The notes: generated by a model not told the origin, from the sequence alone. A stretch of DNA of 64,000 bases from Rhodothermales bacterium (GCA_963829705.1 CAWHJN010000005.1:157634-221633); one strand, 5' to 3'; positions 31,145-41,450 are shown, counted from the stretch's first letter. Numbers and translations are program-made.

Positions 31145-34100
31145 ATGCTCCACTCGCTACTGCTCCTGCATCGACGCTTTTTGCCCCACGGATTCGCGCT
31201 CTGCGTGCTCCTCCTCGCTGCCCCGACGCTCGCGCACGCGCAGGGCTTCGCTGTCTCCGGCACCGTCACCGACGCTGAGTCGGGGCTGACGCTGCCCGGC
31301 GTCAACGTGGTCGTCAAAGGCACCGCCACCGGCACGGCCACGGACGGCGACGGGCGCTATGCGCTCTCGGCACCGTCGGGGCGCGACACGCTCTTGTTCA
31401 CGTTCGTCGGCTATGTGCTGCAAGAGGTGCCCATCGCGGGCCGCTCGCGCATCGACGTGGTGATGGCCCCCGACGTGCGGCTGCTCGAGGACGTCGTCGT
31501 CGTGGGCTACGGGACGCAGCAGCGGGCCCTCGTCACCGGCTCCATCGGGTCGATCACAGCGGAGAAGCTCGAAGAGATTCCCATCACGAGTTTCGAGGGC
31601 GGTTTGCAGGGGCAGATCCCCGGCGTGACGGTGCAGCAACCGACGGGCGAGCCGGGCGCGACCCCGACCGTCCGCGTACGCGGCGTGGGTTCGATCACGG
31701 CGGGCAACGAGCCGCTCTACGTCATCGACGGCTTCCCGATGACGCGCGACGTGGCCATCCAGGGCGGCAACAACCAGCAGAGCGCCGCCTTCCAGCCGCC
31801 GCCCGCCAACCCGCTGGCTGCCCTCAATCCCGCCGACATCGCCTCCATCGAGGTGCTCAAGGATGCGGCCTCGGCGGCCATCTACGGCTCGCGCGGCTCC
31901 AACGGCGTCGTGCTCATCACCACCAAAAAGGGCCGCGCCGACCGACGCCCCGTCATCCGGTACGACTCGTACATCGGCGTGCAGCGCGTGGCGAACGAGC
32001 CGGATTTGATGGACGCCCGCGAGCTTATCGCCTACACGCAGGATTCCCGCAACAACAACTACCTCCAGAAATACGATCCGCTGAACCCGGCGAGCGCGAA
32101 CTACAACCCGCAGTACGACCCGGAGACGAACGTCGGGCGGCCCGACGACGCCAACGTGCTGATGCCCGAAAGCTTCGTAGACTGGGACGGCACCGACACC
32201 GACTGGCTGGACCTCGTGCTGCGGAGCGCGCCGATGGTGTCGTCCAACCTGTCGGTAGCGGGTGGCGCGGGCAACACGACGTACTACCTCTCGGGCGGCT
32301 ACCTCAACCAGGAAGGCATCATCGAGCGGTCGGGCTTCTCGCGCTACACGGGGCGGCTCAACGTGGCCTCCGCGCCGTATAAGTGGCTGAACGTCGGGGC
32401 CAACCTGACGACGGCGTACACCAGCCAGGACCGTTTGCCCGCCAACGCGCCGTACTTCGGCAGCCCGCCGGGCATCATCTACTCGGCCCTCGTGCATTCG
32501 CCCACCGTGAAGCCGTACAACGCCGACGGTACGATCAACCAGCGCGACAACCAGGGCTACCTGGGCGGCGGCACGACGAGCGCGAGCAACCCGCTGGCCA
32601 TCATCGAGGCCATCGACGAGACGCTCGACAGCCACCGCTCTATCGGGACGGTCTACGGCGAGGTCGAACTTCCGTACAACCTGCGCTTCCGCACGACCTT
32701 CGGTGCCGACCTGGTCGATTACACGCGCTCGTACTACCAGGCCTCGACGCTGCTTTTCCGCACCAACGTCGTCGGCGATCCGCGCGCGCAGGCGACGTCG
32801 TCGCGCTCGTTCAACTGGGTGCTCGAAAACACACTCTCGTACGACAAAACGTTCGCGGGTGAGCACGCGCTTTCCGCCATCGTCGGCTACACGGCGCAGA
32901 AGGAAAAGCTGGATTACCGGACGGTGCTGGCGCAGAACTTCCCCGACGACGAGGTGCGGACGGTGAGCGGTGGGCAGGTCACAGGCGGCACGAGCACGCG
33001 CGAGGCGTGGTCGCTCACGTCGGCGCTGGCGCGGTTGAGCTACAGCCTGAAAGAACGCTACCTCTTCAGCGCCTCCATCCGCAGCGACCGATCCTCGCGC
33101 TTCGGGCAGAACAACCAGACGGGCTACTTCCCGTCGGTGTCGGTAGGCTGGCGCGTGGCCGAGGAGCCGTTCTGGTCGCTCGACGCCGTCAACGAATTCA
33201 AGCTCCGCGCCTCGTTTGGCGTGACGGGCAACTTCCTGATTCCCAACTACGGCTCCATCGCGCTGCTCGACCAGGGCAACTACATCGTCGACAACGGCGT
33301 GGTGAGCGGCGTCGTGCCGGTGACGCTGGGCAACGAAGACCTGACGTGGGAGACGACGCGGCAGTTCGACGTGGGCGCGGACGTGGCCCTTTTGAACGAC
33401 CGCGTCTACTTCACCGCCGAGTATTACAACGCCACCACGAGCGACCTCTTGCTCAACGTCAACGTGCCGTCGGCGCTGGGCTTCACGTCGGCGCTGACCA
33501 ACATCGGCGAGGTGCGCAACACGGGCTTCGAGTTCTCGATCACCTCGCGCACCATCGACACGCGCCGCTTTAGCTGGACGACGGATTTCAACATCGCCGC
33601 CAACAAGAACGAGGTGCTGGCCCTCGGCGACAACGACGCGCCGATCCTGGCCTCCGGCGGGGCGGGCATCCGGCACATCACGCGCGTTGGCGATGCCATC
33701 GGCAGTTACTACGGCTGGGTGGTCGAGGGCATCTACCAGACCGAGGCGGAGATCGCCGCCGCCCCGCGCGACGCGCTCGCCCCCGACGCGCAGCCCGGCG
33801 ACTTCCGCTACAAAGACCTCAACGGCGACGGCGTCATCAACGCCGCCGACCGCACGGTGACGGGCAACTACTTCCCGGAGTACACCTTCGGCCTGACCAA
33901 CACCTTCCGCTACCGGGGTCTCGATCTGAGCGCGTTCGTGCAGGGCGTGCAGGGCAACGAGATCCTCAACCTGACCTCGCGGCACCTCAAAAACGGCGAG
34001 GCCAACTTCAACTCGTACGGCATCCTCCGGGACCGCTGGATCTCGCCTGACCAGCCGGGCGACGGCAACACGCCGCGCGCCGACCGCCAGAGCGACCTCC

Positions 34101-34396
34101 ACGGCAACAACAACCGGGAGTCGAGCTACCAGGTCGAGGACGGGTCGTACATCCGGCTCCGGACGGTGACGCTGGGCTACACGCTCGACGGTACGCGGCT
34201 GGGCGGTACGCTGCGCGGGCGCTTCCAGAGCGCGCGCGTGTACGTGACGGGCACCAACCTATTCACGATCACGGACTACCTCGGCTTCAACCCCGAGGTC
34301 AACAACCAGTCGCAGTCGTCGCTCACACCGGGCGAGGATTACGGTGCGTACCCCCTCGCCACGACGTGGACGGTGGGCCTCAACCTGACATTCTGA
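31145..34396 (+). CDS. SusC/RagA family TonB-dependent transporter
   Basis: VVVVGYG, PLYVIDG, IEVLKDAASAAIYGSRGSNGVVLITTKKG, LTWETT, C-terminal Phe. Confidence 0.96.
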   Translation: MLHSLLLLHRRFLPHGFALCVLLLAAPTLAHAQGFAVSGTVTDAESGLTLPGVNVVVKGTATGTATDGDGRYALSAPSGRDTLLFTFVGYVLQEVPIAGRSRIDVVMAPDVRLLEDVVVVGYGTQQRALVTGSIGSITAEKLEEIPITSFEGGLQGQIPGVTVQQPTGEPGATPTVRVRGVGSITAGNEPLYVIDGFPMTRDVAIQGGNNQQSAAFQPPPANPLAALNPADIASIEVLKDAASAAIYGSRGSNGVVLITTKKGRADRRPVIRYDSYIGVQRVANEPDLMDARELIAYTQDSRNNNYLQKYDPLNPASANYNPQYDPETNVGRPDDANVLMPESFVDWDGTDTDWLDLVLRSAPMVSSNLSVAGGAGNTTYYLSGGYLNQEGIIERSGFSRYTGRLNVASAPYKWLNVGANLTTAYTSQDRLPANAPYFGSPPGIIYSALVHSPTVKPYNADGTINQRDNQGYLGGGTTSASNPLAIIEAIDETLDSHRSIGTVYGEVELPYNLRFRTTFGADLVDYTRSYYQASTLLFRTNVVGDPRAQATSSRSFNWVLENTLSYDKTFAGEHALSAIVGYTAQKEKLDYRTVLAQNFPDDEVRTVSGGQVTGGTSTREAWSLTSALARLSYSLKERYLFSASIRSDRSSRFGQNNQTGYFPSVSVGWRVAEEPFWSLDAVNEFKLRASFGVTGNFLIPNYGSIALLDQGNYIVDNGVVSGVVPVTLGNEDLTWETTRQFDVGADVALLNDRVYFTAEYYNATTSDLLLNVNVPSALGFTSALTNIGEVRNTGFEFSITSRTIDTRRFSWTTDFNIAANKNEVLALGDNDAPILASGGAGIRHITRVGDAIGSYYGWVVEGIYQTEAEIAAAPRDALAPDAQPGDFRYKDLNGDGVINAADRTVTGNYFPEYTFGLTNTFRYRGLDLSAFVQGVQGNEILNLTSRHLKNGEANFNSYGILRDRWISPDQPGDGNTPRADRQSDLHGNNNRESSYQVEDGSYIRLRTVTLGYTLDGTRLGGTLRGRFQSARVYVTGTNLFTITDYLGFNPEVNNQSQSSLTPGEDYGAYPLATTWTVGLNLTF

Positions 34397-34415
34397 TGGA
34401 GGCTACCCGGCTCGC

Positions 34416-34491
34416 GGACGCCGCGTGCTGCGTCCCTACGAATTCCTCTGCCTCTGCACGGGCGCGTCATCCTGAGTCTGCCGAAGAATCT
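34416..34491. repeat. Two REP-like elements in the susC-susD spacer
   Basis: GGACGCCGCGTGCTGCGTCCCTAC (GTAG-type, minus strand) and GTCATCCTGAGTCTGCCGAAGAATCT. Confidence 0.45.
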
Positions 34492-34512
34492 GCGCCCCAT
34501 CCACCCGATATC

Positions 34513-35901
34513 ATGAAACGCTTACCCTTTTACGCTTTCGCGCTGCTCGCGCTCGCGGGCACCCTCACCGCCTGCGGCGACGACTTCACGCTGCTCGCGC
34601 CCGAGTCGCAGCGCAACGCTGCCAACTTCTTCGACAGTCCCGGCGACTACGAGATCGCCGTCAACGGCATCTACGACGCCCTCCAGCTCAACGGCACCTA
34701 CGGCGGCGACTACTGGATGCTCATGGAGATGCGCTCCGACAACACCGACCAGGGGCCGGACGTGACGGGCCTCGCCGCCGCGCTGGCCGCCGTCAACGAG
34801 TTCAAAGAGCTGCCCACCAGCGAGATCGTCCTCAACGCGTGGGTGGACTCGTACCAGGGCGTCGCCCGCGCCAACCTGGTGCTGGCCCGGCTGGGCGACA
34901 TCCCGCTGCCCGCCGGGCTGCGCGACCGCTACGAGGGCGAGGCGCTGTTTCTGCGCTCGCTGTTCTACTACAACCTGGCGATGGCCTATGGCAACATCAC
35001 GCTGATCCTCGAAGCGACGTCCTCGCCAAATCAGAAGATCAACCAGGTGCCTGCCAGCGAGGTGTTCGCGCAGCTCAAAACCGACCTCACGCGCGCCGCC
35101 ACGCTGTTGCCCCCCACCAACCCGGGACGCGCCACCGCGGGCTCGGCGCAGGCGCTGCTGGCGAAAGTGCTGCTCGTGCAGGGCGACAAAAGCGGCGCGG
35201 CCACCGTGCTGCGCGGCCTGATGGACGGGCGCTACCGCCTGCTCGATGACTACGAAGACCTGTGGCAGGGCCGCAACGAGAACAGCGCCGAGTCCATCTT
35301 CGAAGTACAGTTCAAGAAGGGGGGCATCGGCGAGGGCAACCCGCTCACCACCACGTTCTCCCCCGCGTTGCAGTCCAACGGTGCGTACCGCAACCGTCCC
35401 ACGATGGATATGCTCGAAGCCTACGAGGCGGCAAACGACCCGCGCTTCGACGCCTCGATGGACACCGTCTACACCACCAGCGCCGGTGACCTCACCGATG
35501 CCCGCTGGGTGCAGAAGTACGACGGCATCCCGTTCGCGCCGGGCGACGCCGACAACAACTTCATCGTCCTCCGCTACGCCGACGTGCTGCTGATGCTGGC
35601 CGAAGCGCTGGGCGAGGGGCCGGAGGCGTACGGCCTCATCAACCAGGTGCGCGACCGCGCGGGGATGCCCGACATCAGCGCCACCACGCCGGGCTCGTTC
35701 GAGGACAAACTCCTCCACGAGCGGCGTGTGGAACTGGCCTTCGAGAACCACCGCTGGTTCGACCTGCGCCGCTTCGGGCGCGAAAGCGACGTGGCTGCCA
35801 ACGAAGCCGCCGTCACGAGCGTCAAAAAGCTCTTCCCCATCCCGCAGCGCGAGATCGACACCGCGCCCGAGGTGATGAAGCAGAACCCGGAGTATTTGTA
35901 A
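34513..35901 (+). CDS. SusD/RagB family lipoprotein
   Basis: Lipobox LTAC; EALFLR, RYADVLLMLAEA, ERRVELAFENHRWFDLRR, QNPEY. Confidence 0.95.
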   Translation: MKRLPFYAFALLALAGTLTACGDDFTLLAPESQRNAANFFDSPGDYEIAVNGIYDALQLNGTYGGDYWMLMEMRSDNTDQGPDVTGLAAALAAVNEFKELPTSEIVLNAWVDSYQGVARANLVLARLGDIPLPAGLRDRYEGEALFLRSLFYYNLAMAYGNITLILEATSSPNQKINQVPASEVFAQLKTDLTRAATLLPPTNPGRATAGSAQALLAKVLLVQGDKSGAATVLRGLMDGRYRLLDDYEDLWQGRNENSAESIFEVQFKKGGIGEGNPLTTTFSPALQSNGAYRNRPTMDMLEAYEAANDPRFDASMDTVYTTSAGDLTDARWVQKYDGIPFAPGDADNNFIVLRYADVLLMLAEALGEGPEAYGLINQVRDRAGMPDISATTPGSFEDKLLHERRVELAFENHRWFDLRRFGRESDVAANEAAVTSVKKLFPIPQREIDTAPEVMKQNPEYL

Positions 35902-35923
35902 CTGCACGTGTAGCCGTACATCC

Positions 35924-35957
35924 AGACCCTAAAGGTTGTCGACAACCTTTAGGGTCT
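35924..35957. repeat. Perfect 34-bp palindrome
   Basis: AGACCCTAAAGGTTGTC-GACAACCTTTAGGGTCT. Confidence 0.8.
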
Positions 35958-35991
35958 TTGCTTCAACCACGTCTTTTCTGCGTCCCCGCCC

Positions 35992-38634
35992 ATGCGCCCT
36001 CTTCTTCTCGTCCTCGCTCTTTTCGCGACCGCCACGCTGCCCGCCCGTGCGGCCGACCGCATCCCCGTCACCGTCGAGGCGCCTGCGCCCGGCGCGCCCG
36101 TCACGTTCGGGCTGCCGATGCCGGTGGGCGCGCTCCACTCGCCCGATCACGTCCGCGTGCTCGACGGCAGCGGGCGCGAGATCCCGTCGCAGATCACCGA
36201 GGTAACGACGTGGGAGCCCGCCGACGGCTCGATCAAGTGGATCTGGGTCATGTTTTTCGTGGGCGACGGTCCCAACTACACCGTCGAGTACGGCGAGGAC
36301 GTTGTGCGGGCGCGCTACGACGGTCCGCGCGTGACGGTCGTCAACAACCAGCGGCCCGGCGGCGCGGCGGAGATCACGACGGGGCCGCTGCGCCTCAGCA
36401 TCCCGAAAGGAAATGCGGGCTTTCTCGATGATGTGTCGTTCGACTGGGACGGCGACGGGCTGGACGACGGCGACCGCATCGCGCACGCGCCCGCCAACCG
36501 CGGCTCGTTTCTCGACCTGCTCGACCAGGCCGGGATGGACCCGTCGGGCGTGACCGTCGTGCAGACGTTCAAGGAGCGCGGCTCCGGGCCGCTGCACGCC
36601 ATCGTGCGCGTCGAGGGCACCTACGCCTACGGGCGCGGCGACAACAACCCCGCTCCGTTCGTCATGCGGATCCACGCCTACGCCGGGCAGCCCTTCGTGC
36701 GCGTGCTCCACACGCTGACCTACACCGGCGAGCCGGATCAGTACCCGCGCAGGCCGGGCGAGCACGCCAACATCGCCACGAGCGGCGACACGCTCCTCAT
36801 CGACGAAGATGCCCGGACGGGCGACCCGCGCTGGCAGCAACCCGAAGACCGGATCGCCGCGGCAGGGCTCGGCCTCAAGTTGGGCTTCGACGGGCCGGTG
36901 ACGTGCCAGGCGGGCTACCGCGCAGGCAACTGGTGGGGCGAGGGCACGCCACAGGTCGCGGCGTCCAGCGTGACGGGCACGTTCGAGGTGCTGCAAACCG
37001 GCCCCGAGGTCTACGGCGTCACACAGTACCCCGAGCCGTCCTCCGGCCCCGGCGCGCACATGGACGGCTTCGCGGCGACGCTGTCCGCCAACGGGCAGGG
37101 GCTCGCCACCGCCGAACGCGCCGACGGCTGGATGCGCTGCGCCGACGGCCAGAAGGGCGTGGCGGTCGGCATCCGCTACTTTTTCGAGGAGTACCCGTCG
37201 GGCCTCTCGTACAGCGCGGCAGACTCGCTCCTGACGCTCTCGCTCTGGCCGGAGAGCGCCGACCCGATGCAGTTCACCCGCTATTCTGCCGATGCGTCCG
37301 ACGGCGGGATGATGGGCAACTACGCACAGGGGCTGACGAAAACGTCCGAACTCATCGTCCATTTCCTGCCCGCCTCTGAATCTCTCGAAAGGACGCAGCG
37401 CGTGCTGGGCTACGTCCTCGACCCGCCCGTGGCGCACGCCACGCCGCAGTGGTACGCCGACAGCGGCGCGTACGGGCACTTTGCCACCGCCGCCAACACG
37501 CCCGACGTGTACGAGCGCGGCCTGGAGTACAAGTTCGCCTGGTGGCGCTTTAACCAGAAATGGGAGCCGTGGTACGGCTTCTTCAACCACGGCGACGGCA
37601 AAGCCTACTACTTCCGCGACGACTGGGTGATGTGGCTCAACAACGAGCCCGGCACGGACTACATGTGGTGGCTCCAGTTTATGCGGACGGGCAGCCGCGA
37701 CGCCTACCTCGCCGCCCAGGCCACGAGCCGCCACACGATGGACGTGGACAACATCCACTGGCCCGCGCCCGAAAGGTACCGGGGCGACACCAACGACGCT
37801 GTCGATGCCTTCCGGGCCGAGCAGCAGCCCGCGGGCACGCCCTACCTCGGCATCGGGCGGCGGCACGGCTGGCAGCAGTGGTCGGCCCTGCTGAGCGCGC
37901 ACGTGTGGACGCCCGGCTGGGTGGCCGACTACTACCTCGCCGCCGACCACCGCGGCCTCGACATTGCCCGGCTCACCGCCGACACTTACCTCAAGCGCAT
38001 CTGGGGCGAGCACGATCTGCGCGGACGCCGCCTCTACCTCTCCGTCTGGAACCTCGCCGAGGTGTGGGACGCCACGAAAGACCCGCGCTACGCCGCCGAA
38101 GTGGGCGACCGCGTCGGGCTGATGCTGGCGCTCCAGCGTGAGCAGGGCGGCCAACTCGTCATCGACCGGTACGGGTATTCACAGGTCTACGTCACGAACG
38201 GATTGCAGAAAATCTACCAGATGACGGGCGACGAGCGCGTGGCGGAAGCCCTCGTCAAGCACGCGCGTTTCGTGCGCGACAACCCGCCGCTCAACCACGA
38301 GATGGAATCGTTCCTCGCCTCCATCGGGAGTCTGGTGGCGGGCTACGCGCATTCGGGCGAACCGACGCTGCTGGAGACTGCCATCGACCGGGCGCAGTAC
38401 CTCGAAACCGACGCGCTGCCCGGCGGGGCGTTCGCGTCGATGACGCAGGGGCAGCTAAAAACGGCGATGGAAAACGTCAGCCACCTGCCCGGCGGCGACG
38501 GTGGCGGTAGTTTTGCGCCCATCTGGCGCATCTCGAACGGCCTCCGCATCTTCGGCTGGACGCACATCTACAATGTGCCCGCGCTCGCCTACTGGATGAA
38601 CCAGGCTGGCATGAACCCGCACGGCACACACTGA
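35992..38634 (+). CDS. Secreted protein resembling the PL26/YetA (PcRGLX-like) lyase architecture
   Basis: Signal peptide; PVTFGLP...W..DGSIKW N-terminal barrel, beta-rich middle, aromatic-rich helical C-terminus (WYGFFNHGD, NNE, HTMDVD, HVW). Confidence 0.6.
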   Translation: MRPLLLVLALFATATLPARAADRIPVTVEAPAPGAPVTFGLPMPVGALHSPDHVRVLDGSGREIPSQITEVTTWEPADGSIKWIWVMFFVGDGPNYTVEYGEDVVRARYDGPRVTVVNNQRPGGAAEITTGPLRLSIPKGNAGFLDDVSFDWDGDGLDDGDRIAHAPANRGSFLDLLDQAGMDPSGVTVVQTFKERGSGPLHAIVRVEGTYAYGRGDNNPAPFVMRIHAYAGQPFVRVLHTLTYTGEPDQYPRRPGEHANIATSGDTLLIDEDARTGDPRWQQPEDRIAAAGLGLKLGFDGPVTCQAGYRAGNWWGEGTPQVAASSVTGTFEVLQTGPEVYGVTQYPEPSSGPGAHMDGFAATLSANGQGLATAERADGWMRCADGQKGVAVGIRYFFEEYPSGLSYSAADSLLTLSLWPESADPMQFTRYSADASDGGMMGNYAQGLTKTSELIVHFLPASESLERTQRVLGYVLDPPVAHATPQWYADSGAYGHFATAANTPDVYERGLEYKFAWWRFNQKWEPWYGFFNHGDGKAYYFRDDWVMWLNNEPGTDYMWWLQFMRTGSRDAYLAAQATSRHTMDVDNIHWPAPERYRGDTNDAVDAFRAEQQPAGTPYLGIGRRHGWQQWSALLSAHVWTPGWVADYYLAADHRGLDIARLTADTYLKRIWGEHDLRGRRLYLSVWNLAEVWDATKDPRYAAEVGDRVGLMLALQREQGGQLVIDRYGYSQVYVTNGLQKIYQMTGDERVAEALVKHARFVRDNPPLNHEMESFLASIGSLVAGYAHSGEPTLLETAIDRAQYLETDALPGGAFASMTQGQLKTAMENVSHLPGGDGGGSFAPIWRISNGLRIFGWTHIYNVPALAYWMNQAGMNPHGTH

Positions 38635-38640
38635 GGCGCG

Positions 38641-41049
38641 TCACCCGCGCCCGTTGCCTCCTCGCGGCGTCTGCTGCTCACGTCGTTCGACGGCCTTGGC
38701 TTCCGGCGTGGCGTCCCCACCGGCGCGTCTTCGCTCGGTGCGTCTGCCGTTCTCCCTGCCAACTTGCTGCGCCGCGCCCGACGAATCCGGCGCGGCCTCC
38801 TCTACCGGCGCGTACACGTCGTCGATGTTGAGCGAGTCGGGGATTTCGATTTCGATGCCGTCGAGACTGAGCGAATCCGGCTCCACGACAGGCGGCGCGA
38901 CGGGTGCGGCGTAGCCTGATGGCGGCTCGAAGCGAGCGTTGGCGGAGACAACGTCAGGCGCGAGCTGTTGCGCGCGCTTCAGAAATGCGCCGACGATGGG
39001 CAGCGCCGTGTGCGCGCCCTGCCCGTAGTAGCTGCTCCGGAACGTGATCGACGGCGTGTCGAAGCCTACCCACGCGCCCATCGCCAGGTCGGGGTGGGCG
39101 AGCATGAACCAGCCGTCCGCCCCGTTCTGTGTCGTGCCGGTCTTGCCCGCGAGGTCGCCCTTTGCGTAGCCGCGCAGGCGCGTGCCGGTGCCGCGCTGAA
39201 TCACGCCGCGCAGCATGTCGAGCAGCGTGTAGCTCGTCTGCGCGTCGAGCGCGGTGACAGGCTCGGCGGGCGCGAACGTCTCCAGCAGATTCCCTTCGGC
39301 GTCCTCGATGCGGCTGATGAGGCGCGGCGCGCGGTAGCGCCCGCCGTCGGCCAGCGTGGCGTAGGCGGAAACCATCTCCAGCAGCGTCACCTCCGACGTG
39401 CCCAGGCCCAGCGACGGCACCTCGACGAGGTCGCTCTGGATGCCCATCCGGTGGGCAAGCGCGGCCACCTTCTCGGGCCCCACCTCGGTGATGACGCGGG
39501 CGGTGACGGTGTTTTTCGAGTACGCAAGGGCGTCGCGCAGCGTCATCATGCCGCCCGACGTGCCGCCGCTGTTGCGCGGCTGCCACGCCTGCCCCGTCTC
39601 CGCATCGCGGTAGGTCCGTACCTCGTCGGGGAAGGCGTCGTAGGGCGACAGGCCGTTTTCGAGGGCCGCGCCGTAGACGAACGGCTTGAACGTGGAGCCG
39701 GGCTGACGCCGGGCGTCGGCGACGTGGTCGAACTGGTTGGCACCGTAGCTGCGCCCGCCCACCCAGGCGCGCACGGCACCGGTGTGGGGGTCGATGGCGG
39801 CGAAGCCTGCCTCGACGCGCTGCAACTGCCGCCGCAGCGAGTCGGCGACGGGCGAGCGGCGGAGGCTGTCGAGCGCGGCGTTTTCGTCGAGCCCCGCGTC
39901 GCGCAGCGTTCGGTACCGCGCGTTCCGCCTGAGATAGGGGGTGAGCACGGCGTCGTGGCGCTGCCACAGCGCGGCGTACGGCTCTCCCACCGTCCCGCCC
40001 CACGACTGCGCCGACACCTCTTCGAGCTTCTGGCCTTCCTGCTGGACGGCGCTCTCGGCGGCTTTTTGCAGTCGGCTGTCGAGGGTCGTGTACACGCGCA
40101 GGCCGTCGCGGTAGAGGTTGTGGCCGTGCGCCTCGGCCCACGCATCGAGTTCCTGCCGGACGGCCTCGGCGAAGTGCGGGGCGAGGTAATCGTCGCGCGT
40201 GAGCCGCTGGAAATGGAGTTCGGTGGGGGTTTCGCGCAGCAGGTCCAGCGTGTCGGCGGGCAGGTAGCCCCACTTGACCATCTGGCCGTAGACGACGTTG
40301 CGGCGCGTCTGCGACCGCTCGGGGTTGCGGACGGGGTTGTAGTAGACGGTGGCCTTGAGCATCCCCACGAGCGTCGCCGCCTCGTCGAGGTCGAGGTCGA
40401 GCGCGCCTTTGCCGTAGTACGTCTGCGCCGCCGCTTCCACGCCGAAGGCGTTGTACATGAACGGGACGGTGTTGAGGTACATCTCCAGGATGTCCTCCTT
40501 GCGGTAGCGCCCTTCGATGCTGAGGGCCAGCAGCCACTCGCGGAGCTTACGCGTGAGCACGAAATCGTCCTGCAACGCGGTAAAGGCGTTGCGCGCGAGC
40601 TGCATCGTGATGGTCGATCCGCCCTGCGCGTCGCCCGCGAGCGTGCGCCCCGCCGACGAAAACAGCCGCCGCAGGTCGATGCCGCCGTGCTCGAAAAAGC
40701 GGTGGTCTTCCGTCGCCACGAGCGCGTCCACCATGACGGGCGCGATGGAATCGAGCGGCACCCACGTGCGGTTTTTGTCGCTGTAGGTGGAGAGGGGCTC
40801 GCCGTCGTGGGTGTAGAGGATGGTCGCCTCGACGTAGCGCGCCGCCCGGATGTCGCGAGCCGACGGCAGCCCCGCCACCACGACGATCCAGTAGACGAGC
40901 ACGAGCACCAGCACGCCGATGCCTGCCAGGCCTGCCAGCGTCACCACGCGCGCCCGAGGATCGCGCAGGTTCGTGCGGATGCGGTCGGCGCGGGTGCGCG
41001 CGTACGCCACCGGCGACAGGCGGCGGAAATCGAGCGAAGGACGGTTCAT
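38641..41049 (-). CDS. Class A penicillin-binding protein (PBP1A family)
   Basis: ATEDHRF, GGSTITMQLARN, RK.RE, ILEMYLN; GSTFKP, SKN, KTGT transpeptidase motifs. Confidence 0.95.
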   Translation of the reverse strand: MNRPSLDFRRLSPVAYARTRADRIRTNLRDPRARVVTLAGLAGIGVLVLVLVYWIVVVAGLPSARDIRAARYVEATILYTHDGEPLSTYSDKNRTWVPLDSIAPVMVDALVATEDHRFFEHGGIDLRRLFSSAGRTLAGDAQGGSTITMQLARNAFTALQDDFVLTRKLREWLLALSIEGRYRKEDILEMYLNTVPFMYNAFGVEAAAQTYYGKGALDLDLDEAATLVGMLKATVYYNPVRNPERSQTRRNVVYGQMVKWGYLPADTLDLLRETPTELHFQRLTRDDYLAPHFAEAVRQELDAWAEAHGHNLYRDGLRVYTTLDSRLQKAAESAVQQEGQKLEEVSAQSWGGTVGEPYAALWQRHDAVLTPYLRRNARYRTLRDAGLDENAALDSLRRSPVADSLRRQLQRVEAGFAAIDPHTGAVRAWVGGRSYGANQFDHVADARRQPGSTFKPFVYGAALENGLSPYDAFPDEVRTYRDAETGQAWQPRNSGGTSGGMMTLRDALAYSKNTVTARVITEVGPEKVAALAHRMGIQSDLVEVPSLGLGTSEVTLLEMVSAYATLADGGRYRAPRLISRIEDAEGNLLETFAPAEPVTALDAQTSYTLLDMLRGVIQRGTGTRLRGYAKGDLAGKTGTTQNGADGWFMLAHPDLAMGAWVGFDTPSITFRSSYYGQGAHTALPIVGAFLKRAQQLAPDVVSANARFEPPSGYAAPVAPPVVEPDSLSLDGIEIEIPDSLNIDDVYAPVEEAAPDSSGAAQQVGRENGRRTERRRAGGDATPEAKAVERREQQTPRGGNGRG

Positions 41050-41138
41050 GCAGCGTCAGCGGGAAGAGAATTCGGATGCACCACGCGCCGGGCGTTCCGT
41101 TTCACGCACGCCGTGAGAATTGCGCGACCTCGCCACGC

Positions 41139-41172
41139 AAAAAGCCTCCCCACTTTTCAGCAGAGAGGCTTT
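41139..41172 (-). terminator. Terminator of the rpmB-rpmG-tRNA operon
   Basis: Minus strand AAAGCCTCTC...GGGGAGGCTTTTT. Confidence 0.7.
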
Positions 41173-41179
41173 CTGATCG

Positions 41180-41250
41180 AGGTGCCGAGCGGATTCGAAC
41201 CGCTGTACAAGGTTTTGCAGACCTTTGCCTAACCACTCGGCCACGGCACC
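41180..41250 (-). tRNA. tRNA-Cys(GCA)
   Basis: GGTGCCGTGGCCGAGTGG...CTGCAAA...GGTTCGAATCC...GGCACCT cloverleaf. Confidence 0.96.
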
Positions 41251-41258
41251 GGGAGAGG

Positions 41259-41332
41259 TACGCCCGGCAGGGCTCGAACCTGCAACCTGCGGTTTAGAAG
41301 ACCGCTGCTCTGTCCAGTTGAGCTACGGGCGC
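41259..41332 (-). tRNA. tRNA-Arg(TCT)
   Basis: GCGCCCGTAGCTCAACTGGACAGAGC...CTTCTAA...GGTTCGAGCCC. Confidence 0.96.
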
Positions 41333-41355
41333 AGAACAGGCTCGAAAGATACATG

Positions 41356-41429
41356 TCGGGGCGGCCGGATTTGAACCGACGACCCTCTGCTCCCAAAGCA
41401 GATGCGCTACCGGGCTGCGCTACGCCCCG
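41356..41429 (-). tRNA. tRNA-Pro(TGG)
   Basis: CGGGGCGTAGCGCAGCCCGGTAGCGC...TTTGGGA...GGTTCAAATCC. Confidence 0.96.
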
Positions 41430-41450
41430 AATGCCGGAAGAGCCCGTGGC

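Noticed and set aside
31157-34102. Long antisense ORFs (981 aa here; also 25104-27827, 35929-38154, 38968-41232, 46725-48794)
   Set aside because: Shadow frames of real genes, expected at this GC content; no recognisable motifs
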